From: an uncultured Clostridia bacterium
GTDB taxonomy: Bacteria > Bacillota > Clostridia > TANB77 > CAG-508
Assembly (NCBI GenBank): GCA_934178555.1
Contig: CAKPQL010000002.1
Coordinates: 23,419 to 87,418, forward strand
Length of the DNA: 64,000 nt
Direction: 5' to 3'
Part shown: positions 44,132 to 52,377 of the stretch, piece by piece
Numbering within the stretch: the first letter of the stretch is position 1
Layout of the letters: each line of letters starts with the position of its first letter
Notes under the pieces: model-generated
The model's database searches: none
What the model was told of the DNA's origin: nothing
What the model saw: the letters and a program-made list of their open reading frames with translations, nothing else
Program-made: the position numbers and the translations under genes

Positions 44132-46156
44132 ATGGAAAAAGAAGGGAACATATTAGAAATAGAAAAAATAGGAAAATTGATTAGAAAATTTTCAATACCT
44201 TGTATTATATCATTAGTAGTAAACTCATTATACAATATGGTAGACCAAATATTTATTGGGTGGGGAATTGGATATTTAGGAAATGGAGCAACAAATGTAG
44301 TTTTTCCATTAACTATGATAGCATTAGCTATTGCCTTGATGCTTGGAGATGGAGCATCAGCATATATGAGCTTGAAATTAGGTGAGAAAAAGAAAGAGGA
44401 AGCGGCTAAAGGCGTTGGTAATGGAATTGCATTATCTGTTATATCATCTATTATATATTGTGCTATTACATTGATATTTTTACCTCAATTATTGACTATA
44501 TTTGGATGTACAGATACTTTAAGAGATTATTCTACTAGCTATGGAAAAGTTATAGCAATAGGATTACCTTTTATGATAATTGGAACTACATTAAATTCTA
44601 TAATTAGAGCAGATGGCAGTCCCAAATATGCAATGATATCTATGGTGTTAGGTGCAGTTTTAAATATTGTATTAGATCCAATTTTAATATTTGTATTTAA
44701 CATGGGAATAGAAGGTGCAGCAATTGCAACTATATTTAGTCAATTTGTTACATTTGCTTTAAATGTAACATATATTAAAAAATTCAAATCTATTAGTTTA
44801 AACAAGGAGATGTTTAAACCTAAATTAAATATAGCTAAAAGAGTAACAACATTAGGAATAAGCAGTTTTATTACCCAAATGAGCTTTGTGTTTGTTATTG
44901 CAGTTGAAAATAATCTACTTGGAAAATATGGCATAGAGTCTAAATTTGGTTCTGATATTCCAATTACAGTATTAGGAATAGTTATGAAAGTGAGCCAAAT
45001 ATTAAATAGTATTATTATAGGTATTGCAGCAGGAACACAGCCTATATTCGGATATAATTATGGAGCAAGAAGATTTGATAGAGTAAAAGAGGCATTAAAA
45101 ATAGTTTTAAAAACGAGTATTATTATAAGTACAATTGCATTTATATTATTCCAAACAATACCAGATAAATTGATTTCAATTTTTGGTAGTGGTGATGAGT
45201 TATATATGGAATTTGCATGTTTAACATTTAGAACATATTTATTATTATGTATTTGCAATGGTATACAAATTCCATCAGGAATTTTCTTTCAGGCAATTGG
45301 AAAAAGTGTAAAAAGTGCAGTATTATCTTTATCACGACAAATAGTATTTTTAATTCCGGCAATGATAATTTTAAGCAATATGTTTGGAATTATGGGAGTT
45401 TTGTATGCTGGACCTGTTGCTGATGGTACGGCATTTGTTATTGCTATAGTGCTACTTGCTTTGGAAATAAAACATTTAAGAAGCATACAATATAATAGTG
45501 AGGCATTACCAGATGATACAAGTACAGATAATAAGCTACAAAAACAAATGATTATTACTATATCAAGAGAATATGGTTCAGGAGGAAGATACATAGGAAG
45601 ATTAATTGCAGATAAGTTAGGAATTAAATTTTATGATAAAGATTTTATAGGAAAATTATCAAAACAAACAGGATTATCAGAAGAATATATCGAAATAAAT
45701 GAACAAAAAAGAGATGTATTTGATGCATTAAATAGTGGATATTATTCAGGCATAAGTAATGCAGATGAGTTATTTATAAAAGAGTCAGAATTAATTAAAG
45801 AAATTGCTGATAGAGAATCTTGCGTAATTATAGGAAGGTGTGCTGATTTTATATTAAAAGATAGAAAAAATATATTAAAAGTATTTGTATATAGCGATAT
45901 GGAACATAAGATACAAAGAGCTAGTGATTTTTATGGACTTAATAAAGAAAATGCAGAAAAAGAAATTAAGAGAATTAATAAATTAAGAGCAAATCACTAT
46001 AAATATTATACAGAAAAAGATTGGAATAATTATAATAATTATGACGTTTGTATAAATAGTGATACTTTGGGAGTAGAAAATGCAGCAGAATTAATTTGTA
46101 ATCTAGTAAATAAGAAGGAGTATTCAGATGAACAAAATTTTGTTAGTAGAAGATAA
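44132..46156 (+). CDS. MATE family efflux transporter fused to a C-terminal cytidylate kinase-like domain
   Basis: The first 450 aa or so form a 12-TM MATE pattern (NSLYNMVDQIFIG..., GTQPIFGYNYGA). The C-terminal 200 aa or so begin ITISREYGSGGRYIGRLIADKLG, typical of the cytidylate-kinase-like family. Confidence 0.78.
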   Translation: MEKEGNILEIEKIGKLIRKFSIPCIISLVVNSLYNMVDQIFIGWGIGYLGNGATNVVFPLTMIALAIALMLGDGASAYMSLKLGEKKKEEAAKGVGNGIALSVISSIIYCAITLIFLPQLLTIFGCTDTLRDYSTSYGKVIAIGLPFMIIGTTLNSIIRADGSPKYAMISMVLGAVLNIVLDPILIFVFNMGIEGAAIATIFSQFVTFALNVTYIKKFKSISLNKEMFKPKLNIAKRVTTLGISSFITQMSFVFVIAVENNLLGKYGIESKFGSDIPITVLGIVMKVSQILNSIIIGIAAGTQPIFGYNYGARRFDRVKEALKIVLKTSIIISTIAFILFQTIPDKLISIFGSGDELYMEFACLTFRTYLLLCICNGIQIPSGIFFQAIGKSVKSAVLSLSRQIVFLIPAMIILSNMFGIMGVLYAGPVADGTAFVIAIVLLALEIKHLRSIQYNSEALPDDTSTDNKLQKQMIITISREYGSGGRYIGRLIADKLGIKFYDKDFIGKLSKQTGLSEEYIEINEQKRDVFDALNSGYYSGISNADELFIKESELIKEIADRESCVIIGRCADFILKDRKNILKVFVYSDMEHKIQRASDFYGLNKENAEKEIKRINKLRANHYKYYTEKDWNNYNNYDVCINSDTLGVENAAELICNLVNKKEYSDEQNFVSRR

Positions 46157-46803
46157 TGAAGCCATATTATTAGGATTATCATATCTTTTAAAAGAAGAAA
46201 ATTTTGATTATATTATTGCAAAAACTAAAAGGGAAGCTTTAAAGTTGATTGATACTACTAACTTTGATTTATGTTTATTAGATGTTACATTATTAGATGG
46301 CAATGGATTTGAGTTATGCAAATATATAAAGGATAAAAATAAGGCTCCTGTAATATTTTTAACTGCTATGGATGAAGAAAAAGATGTTGTACAAGGTTTA
46401 GATATGGGGGCTGATGATTATATAATAAAACCATTTAGAAACAGAGAACTAATTTCAAGAATAAATAATGTATTAAGAAGAAACAATAAAACGAATGCTT
46501 GCTTGATTTGTGAAAATATCAAAATAGATATAGAGAGTGGTAAGGTATTTAAAAGTAATCAGGAGATAGAATTAACGAAATTAGAATATAAAATTTTAGT
46601 AAATTTATTTTCTAACATAGGAAAATTAGTTACAAGAGAAAAAATTTTAAATGATATATGGGATATATGCCGGTAATTTTGTAGAAGATAATACACTAAC
46701 GGTATACATAAAGAGAATTAGAGAAAAAATTGATGATAAAGATGGAAAAATAATTAAAACAATAAGAGGGTTAGGATATAGAGTAGGAGGAGACTCTAAA
46801 TGA
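46128..46803 (+). pseudogene. OmpR-family response regulator, reading frame interrupted (+1) at an in-frame CGG
   Basis: Receiver domain (LLVEDNE...DLCLLDVTL). The frame reads ...ILNDIWDIC-R(CGG 46671-73)-stop. Skipping the C gives GNFVEDNTLTVYIKRIREKI...IRGLGYRV, ending in TGA 46801-03, which overlaps the kinase ATG (ATGA). Confidence 0.8.
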
Positions 46804-48020
46804 AACTGCTAGAAAATAAAGAAGTAAAAAAATTACTTATAATTTGCAGTGCTGTTATTATTTGTTTTACTATTTTTATGGCAGTAAGAACAAAAAATCA
46901 AATTGATTTATATAAAGATAGTGTAAATACAGCAATTGCTAATATTATAGGCACTATAAAAAATAAATATCCCAATATTGATGATGAAGAGATTATTGCT
47001 ATTTTAAATGATTCTGATAATAGTAACTATGGAAAAGAAATTTTAGAAAAATATGGAATAGATGAACAATCTTATGCAATCGTTAGTATGAAATCAGAAG
47101 CTAAAACTATGATAATTACAAATTGCATTATATTAGTATCGACAAACTTGATTTTTTTAATGATATTTATATGTTATTTAAAGTATAGACAAAGGAAAAT
47201 TGAAAGATTAACTAAATACATTCAAAAACTATCTAACAAAGAATATTCATTAGATATAGAAGAAAACTCTGAAGATGAATTAAATAACTTGAAAAACGAA
47301 TTGTACAAAATAACTGTTATGCTAAAAGAAACAGCCAATAATTCAATAGCACAAAAAGAGTTTTTATCATCTTCTGTATCAGATATTTCTCATCAACTAA
47401 AAACACCATTAACTTCTATATCGATTTTATTAGATAATTTGAATGAAAGTAGAGATATGGATGAAAATACTAAAAAAGCATTTTTATTAGAAATTTCAAA
47501 ACAAATAAAAGATATGAATTTTCTAATAATTTCACTTTTACAATTATCAAGATTAGATGCGGAAGTTGTGGAATTTACTAATGATAAAATAAGTATGAAA
47601 AAAATGTTAGAAGATATTAAAAATAATTTAGATATAATTGCAGAGATAAGAAATGTAGATTTAAAAATAAATGATGCAGACGAAGTATTTATATATGGAG
47701 ATTACAATTGGAATAAAGAAGCTATACAAAACATTGTAAAAAATGCGATAGAACATGCAAGAACTAATGTTAATGTAAGTATTAGCCAAAATAGTGTTTA
47801 TACTAAAATAGAAATAGAAGATGATGGTGAAGGCATAGATGAAAAAGATATAAAACATATTTTTGAAAGATTTTATAAAGCTAAAAATTCTTCTGAAAAT
47901 AGCATTGGGATAGGTCTTGCACTAGCTAAAAATATTATAGAAAAACAAAATGGATATATTACAGTAGATAGTAAAATTGGTGTGGGCACAAAATTTATAG
48001 TTAAATATATAAAAAATTAA
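46800..48020 (+). CDS. sensor histidine kinase
   Basis: Two TM helices, H-box SDISHQLKTPLTS, N box and G boxes (DDGEGI, GIGLALAK). Confidence 0.88.
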   Translation: MKLLENKEVKKLLIICSAVIICFTIFMAVRTKNQIDLYKDSVNTAIANIIGTIKNKYPNIDDEEIIAILNDSDNSNYGKEILEKYGIDEQSYAIVSMKSEAKTMIITNCIILVSTNLIFLMIFICYLKYRQRKIERLTKYIQKLSNKEYSLDIEENSEDELNNLKNELYKITVMLKETANNSIAQKEFLSSSVSDISHQLKTPLTSISILLDNLNESRDMDENTKKAFLLEISKQIKDMNFLIISLLQLSRLDAEVVEFTNDKISMKKMLEDIKNNLDIIAEIRNVDLKINDADEVFIYGDYNWNKEAIQNIVKNAIEHARTNVNVSISQNSVYTKIEIEDDGEGIDEKDIKHIFERFYKAKNSSENSIGIGLALAKNIIEKQNGYITVDSKIGVGTKFIVKYIKN

Positions 48021-48065
48021 ATTTATTGCACGTTGTAACTTTTTTATTACACTGATTTCTAAAGA

Positions 48066-48100
48066 AAAAACCTAAACCAACTGGTTAAGGTTTTTCTTTT
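48066..48100. terminator. bidirectional terminator between the kinase and the convergent zinc-ribbon gene
   Basis: aaaaacctaaacca / tggttaaggttttt stem with A/T runs on both sides. Confidence 0.65.
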
Positions 48101-48109
48101 TGGAGATGA

Positions 48110-48826
48110 TTAATCTAAGGTGAATTTTTTGCCCTTAATTTTGTCCAAAGTGTATGATTCATTCACTTGAATATTAACCCAAATATCTTTTTTAGTAGTT
48201 ATTTTAACCGGTCCTTTATTATCTTCTACAGTAATTGTAAATTGAACTTCAGAACAACTGTCAAGTATTTCTGTTCCATAAAGAGTTACTTCCTTAAATG
48301 TGGGAAGATTTTCTGAACCGTTTACAGTAACAAATCTAACAATTTCTTTTTTTGTAAAGTCATAGGTGTATTGGGTTCTATACCAGCCATTTTCTTGCAT
48401 TACTTGTTGGATGGTAATATTTGTTGCGCCTTCAGGAGGTTTACTATAAGATACAATGTTCTTTTGGGTTACATTATCTGCAATAGTTGCGGTATAACTC
48501 CATTGTTTTGACAAAACTTTTTTAGATGAAGTAGAAATATTATAAATACAAACAGCAATTTGTATTGTAGCAACTATTAGTACTATGTAACCTAGTAATT
48601 CCCAGCCGTTTGGAAGGTTTTTATCAGGCTCATTGAGGTCATCATTAATGTCATCATACGAAATTTTTTCCACCTCTTCATAATCTGTTAAGATGTTGGT
48701 TGTTTCTTCGCTTCCGGTCCGTACAGCACCACAGCCTCCACAACTTTTTTGTGATAAGTCGTTTAGAAAGCCACAGTAAGCACATTTCCATTTCTTTTCG
48801 CTTTTACGAATGATGTCTTTTCCCAT
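48110..48826 (-). CDS. zinc-ribbon membrane protein (hypothetical)
   Basis: N-terminal CAYC...CGGC zinc ribbon, acidic linker, one TM and a 140-aa extracytoplasmic domain. Visibly higher GC than the genome background. Confidence 0.6.
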   Translation of the reverse strand: MGKDIIRKSEKKWKCAYCGFLNDLSQKSCGGCGAVRTGSEETTNILTDYEEVEKISYDDINDDLNEPDKNLPNGWELLGYIVLIVATIQIAVCIYNISTSSKKVLSKQWSYTATIADNVTQKNIVSYSKPPEGATNITIQQVMQENGWYRTQYTYDFTKKEIVRFVTVNGSENLPTFKEVTLYGTEILDSCSEVQFTITVEDNKGPVKITTKKDIWVNIQVNESYTLDKIKGKKFTLD

Positions 48827-49143
48827 ATATATTCTCCTTTTTAATGTTATATGATCTTACTATACAGATCATTAGGTTAATAAAGTCTATTAACATAATA
48901 TCATTTTTAAATTACAAAGTCAATAATTATAAAATATTATAATATAACTATTGTTGTTGAAATATTGTAAAAATATGGATATTAATATAAATTGACATAA
49001 AATTGACTTATGATGAAAAAACTGGTAAGATATATATGGTTTATTTTTAGAGTGCAATTTAACTATAAAAAATAGTATATATTTTTATAATGTTTAATTG
49101 CAACCTATTAACTCAATTACTATATAAACAGGAGGAAAAGAAC

Positions 49144-50514
49144 ATGAGTTTAAGAACCAAATGGTACATTGCAAATCAATTTAATGAGGTAACACACACA
49201 ACATTAAATCCTCATGGACCTGGTTGCATCCGGATACATTTAGTACCTGCCAAGAATGCTAGTAAGGAACCATCGGTAGTGGTATTAAATGGTATGGATA
49301 TTGTTCCTATCAATCCATCATGGGCTATTTTGCTTAACTGCTTAATTGATGAAATTAACCATTACAATGGTCATCAAATTACTGAAGAGCAAATGCGCTC
49401 AATAGTTACTAATGCATTACACACTGCACGAAAGGTATTTCCTAAAACAGCTATTGAAACTTTGAAGGATGACTTAAAAACCATTATGCAAACTCTTCAG
49501 GACGTAGCATATGGTAAAACTCCTTCAGTTGATATTGGTTATATGTCAATAGGAGAGTATGCACCTTTTATGAAAGGACCACACCGTATGGACTTTATGG
49601 TTACTGGTATGAAAAAAGACAATCACTGGCACTGCAATCAAAAATGTTTGCACTGCTATGCGGCTGGTCAATGTGAGGCTGAAGTGCCTGAAATGCCCAC
49701 AGAAGACTGCAAAAGAGTTATTCATAAGTTACGTCAGATAGGTATTCCTCAGATTACATTTACTGGTGGGGAGCCCACGATGCGTGATGATCTTGTAGAA
49801 CTGGTAAAAACAGCTTACTGGTTCGTAACGCGTCTAAATACCAATGGAGTAAGACTGAGCCAGGAACTTTGTCGAAAACTTCATGATGCAGACTTAGACA
49901 GTGTACAAATTACTTTCTATTCTGATAATGAAGAAACCCATAATACATTAGTAGGTGCTCAAAATTATCATAAGACTGTAAATGGTATCAAAAATGCACT
50001 TGACGTGGGGCTTGCAGTGAGTATTAATACACCACTGTGCACGATTAACCGTGATTATGTTTCTACACTTAAGTTTTTACATAAACTGGGTGTGGAATAT
50101 GTATCGTGTTCTGGACTTATACTTACTGGTAATGCTCGTAATTACAATTCAAAGATAACTCAACTGCCAAATGATGAACTTTATGGAATCTTGAAAGAAG
50201 CAGTAGAATACTGCAATGCTAACCAAATGGAAATTTCATTTACTAGTCCAGGTTGGATTGAAGATGAAAAAATTCGCCAACTTGGTCTTACAGTTCCATC
50301 TTGTGGTGCTTGCTTATCCAATATGGCTATTGCACCTAATGGAGACATTGTGCCTTGCCAAAGCTGGCTTTCTGACAAACCTCTTGGCAATATATTGGTA
50401 GACAAGTGGAGTAAAGTATGGAACAGCAGTGAATGCGAGCAAATTCGTAATTATTCGGCTGGAATGTATGGTAAATGTCCTTTACGTAACAAAAATAAAA
50501 CAGAAGGAGAATAA
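49144..50514 (+). CDS. radical SAM enzyme with SPASM/twitch-like C-terminal Cys domain and a roughly 165-aa N-terminal extension
   Basis: CNQKCLHCYA is a CxxxCxxC motif, and GGEPTM is present. The C-terminal CGACLSNMAIAPNGDIVPC (Cx11Gx4C) plus further Cys are SPASM-like. AGGAGG RBS. Confidence 0.8.
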   Translation: MSLRTKWYIANQFNEVTHTTLNPHGPGCIRIHLVPAKNASKEPSVVVLNGMDIVPINPSWAILLNCLIDEINHYNGHQITEEQMRSIVTNALHTARKVFPKTAIETLKDDLKTIMQTLQDVAYGKTPSVDIGYMSIGEYAPFMKGPHRMDFMVTGMKKDNHWHCNQKCLHCYAAGQCEAEVPEMPTEDCKRVIHKLRQIGIPQITFTGGEPTMRDDLVELVKTAYWFVTRLNTNGVRLSQELCRKLHDADLDSVQITFYSDNEETHNTLVGAQNYHKTVNGIKNALDVGLAVSINTPLCTINRDYVSTLKFLHKLGVEYVSCSGLILTGNARNYNSKITQLPNDELYGILKEAVEYCNANQMEISFTSPGWIEDEKIRQLGLTVPSCGACLSNMAIAPNGDIVPCQSWLSDKPLGNILVDKWSKVWNSSECEQIRNYSAGMYGKCPLRNKNKTEGE

Positions 50515-50519
50515 ACATT

Positions 50520-51488
50520 ATGAAGGTTTTACGTATAAGTTTGTTAATGTTGCTTTTGGTGATAATGTTTGTAAGTCACTGGGCTATATCTGTATTTGCC
50601 AAAGAAAATTTGGATGAGATTGAACAGTATACAATTACATCCAATGTTCGGGAAGATGGTACATTAGACCTTAAATACTATATTGAATGGAAGGTTCTGG
50701 ATAGTGAATCTGAAGGACCATTAGAGTGGGTAAAAATTGGAATCCCAAATAAGCATGTTGATTCTATTACACCACTCACGAACAGCATAAAGAGTGCAGA
50801 ATACTATGCAGACGGAGGTTCTTTTGTACGATTGGATCTTGACAGAAAATATCAGGCGGGTGAAACTGTAATTATGGAGTTTACTATTCATCAAGGCTAT
50901 ATGTATATGCTTGATGATGATAATATTAAGTATTCTTTTACAGCTGGTTGGTTTGACAAGATTATAGTAAAAAGTATTGAAATTCGTTGGAATAGCAACT
51001 GGGTAGCTGAATCTACAGCATCAGAAGTATCTTTAGATGGAAAATATTTAATTTGGAAAGGTAGTTTAGCAGAAGGTGAACATTTTAGTACATCTGTTAA
51101 ATATCCAAAGGATACATTTGCTACCAATGAAAATGAGCAATTTGTTGAAGGACATGATAAAGACAGTTCAGGTGTTTTGCTCACCATAATTATAATTGGA
51201 GGTATTATACTTGTTTTTGTTATTATTGTTATTGAGAATGATGATTACAACGGAGGTAATGGCTTTAAAACAGGAGGTAAACAATCTACTTACGTATCTT
51301 CTTGCGTACGTAGCTCATGTGCTTGCGTTAGCTGTGCGTGTGCATGTGCTTGCGCGGGTGGAGGTAGAGCAGGATGTAGTGTCAAGGAGCTGTACCATGG
51401 ACAAAATATCCGTAATGACGAAAAGAATGACTCACAGGTTACTCTTTTAATTAAGGTACTTAGTGAAAAAGTAATTGAATTAAAATAA
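50520..51488 (+). CDS. single-pass membrane protein, DUF2207-like N-terminal domain, Cys-Ala repeat cytoplasmic tail
   Basis: Signal peptide, a 190-aa ectodomain, one TM (LLTIIIIGGIILVFVIIVI), then the tail SSCVRSSCACVSCACACACAGGGRAGCS. Starts 6 nt after the radical SAM stop. Confidence 0.65.
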   Translation: MKVLRISLLMLLLVIMFVSHWAISVFAKENLDEIEQYTITSNVREDGTLDLKYYIEWKVLDSESEGPLEWVKIGIPNKHVDSITPLTNSIKSAEYYADGGSFVRLDLDRKYQAGETVIMEFTIHQGYMYMLDDDNIKYSFTAGWFDKIIVKSIEIRWNSNWVAESTASEVSLDGKYLIWKGSLAEGEHFSTSVKYPKDTFATNENEQFVEGHDKDSSGVLLTIIIIGGIILVFVIIVIENDDYNGGNGFKTGGKQSTYVSSCVRSSCACVSCACACACAGGGRAGCSVKELYHGQNIRNDEKNDSQVTLLIKVLSEKVIELK

Positions 51489-51507
51489 TTATAAGATAGG
51501 TTTTTTT

Positions 51508-51536
51508 AGCAGTTCCATTTGGAACTGCTCTTTTTT
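51508..51536 (+). terminator. rho-independent terminator
   Basis: agcagttcc/ggaactgct stem followed by TTTTTT. Confidence 0.8.
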
Positions 51537-51642
51537 GCTTACTAAGAAAGTACAACTGGTTTGTTGATGTATTGTATAATTAATTGGCGGTAATACCCAC
51601 ATAGTTTCGTCTGAGAAAGCAACTTTAAAAAAATTTAGTATA

Positions 51643-51659
51643 GTCACAGAAATGTCACA
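51643..51659 (+). promoter_or_regulatory. direct repeat GTCACA-N5-GTCACA overlapping the -35 region of the ABC exporter promoter
   Basis: GTCACA at 51643-48 and 51654-59 (11-bp phasing), a third TGTCA at 51674-78, and TATAAT at 51669-74. Confidence 0.45.
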
Positions 51660-51700
51660 TTAACATTATATAATGTCATTAATAATGGAGGGGATTAAAA

Positions 51701-52375
51701 ATGAAAGAAATATTAAGAGTAGAGCATTTAACTAAAAAATATGGAAAGGGAGAAAATGAAGTAGTTGCAGTAAATGATATGTCTTTCTCAGTTAATAAAG
51801 GAGAATTTTTGAGTATAGTAGGAAGTTCTGGAAGTGGAAAGTCTACATTACTGCATTTATTAGGTGGAGTTGATAGACCAACTTCAGGAAAAGTTTTTGT
51901 AGAAGGCAAAGATATATATTCGTTAACAGATGATAAATTAGCAATATTTAGAAGAAGGCAAATAGGTTTAATATATCAATTTTACAATTTACTTCCAATA
52001 CTAAATGTCAAAGAAAATATAACATTGCCTTGTGACTTGGATGGAAGAAAAGTAAATGAAGATAAAATAAAAGAATTATTAATAACATTAGGATTAGAAA
52101 ATAGGACGAAACATTTACCAAACCAATTATCTGGAGGGCAACAGCAAAGGGTGTCTATAGGAAGAGCATTGATAAATAATCCTGCTATAGTTTTGGCAGA
52201 CGAACCAACAGGAAACCTAGATTCTAAGGCGAGTGATGAAATCGTAGAGTTATTAAAAATGTCAAATAAAAAATTTAACCAAACAATTATAATGATTACT
52301 CATGATTTAGAAATTGCTAAGTTAGCAGATAGAATTATAAAGATAGAAGATGGAAAAATTGTTAAGGAGGTGTAA
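51701..52375 (+). CDS. ABC transporter ATP-binding protein (MacB/LolD-type)
   Basis: GSSGSGKST, LSGGQQQR, LADEPTGNLD. Confidence 0.9.
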   Translation: MKEILRVEHLTKKYGKGENEVVAVNDMSFSVNKGEFLSIVGSSGSGKSTLLHLLGGVDRPTSGKVFVEGKDIYSLTDDKLAIFRRRQIGLIYQFYNLLPILNVKENITLPCDLDGRKVNEDKIKELLITLGLENRTKHLPNQLSGGQQQRVSIGRALINNPAIVLADEPTGNLDSKASDEIVELLKMSNKKFNQTIIMITHDLEIAKLADRIIKIEDGKIVKEV

Positions 52376-52377
52376 AA

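Noticed and set aside
50181-50617. Several 60-74 aa ORFs overlapping the 3' end of the radical SAM gene, and the alternative-frame ORF 51196-51450 over the Cys-rich tail
   Set aside because: They are nested in alternative frames of longer, motif-bearing ORFs. None has an RBS.
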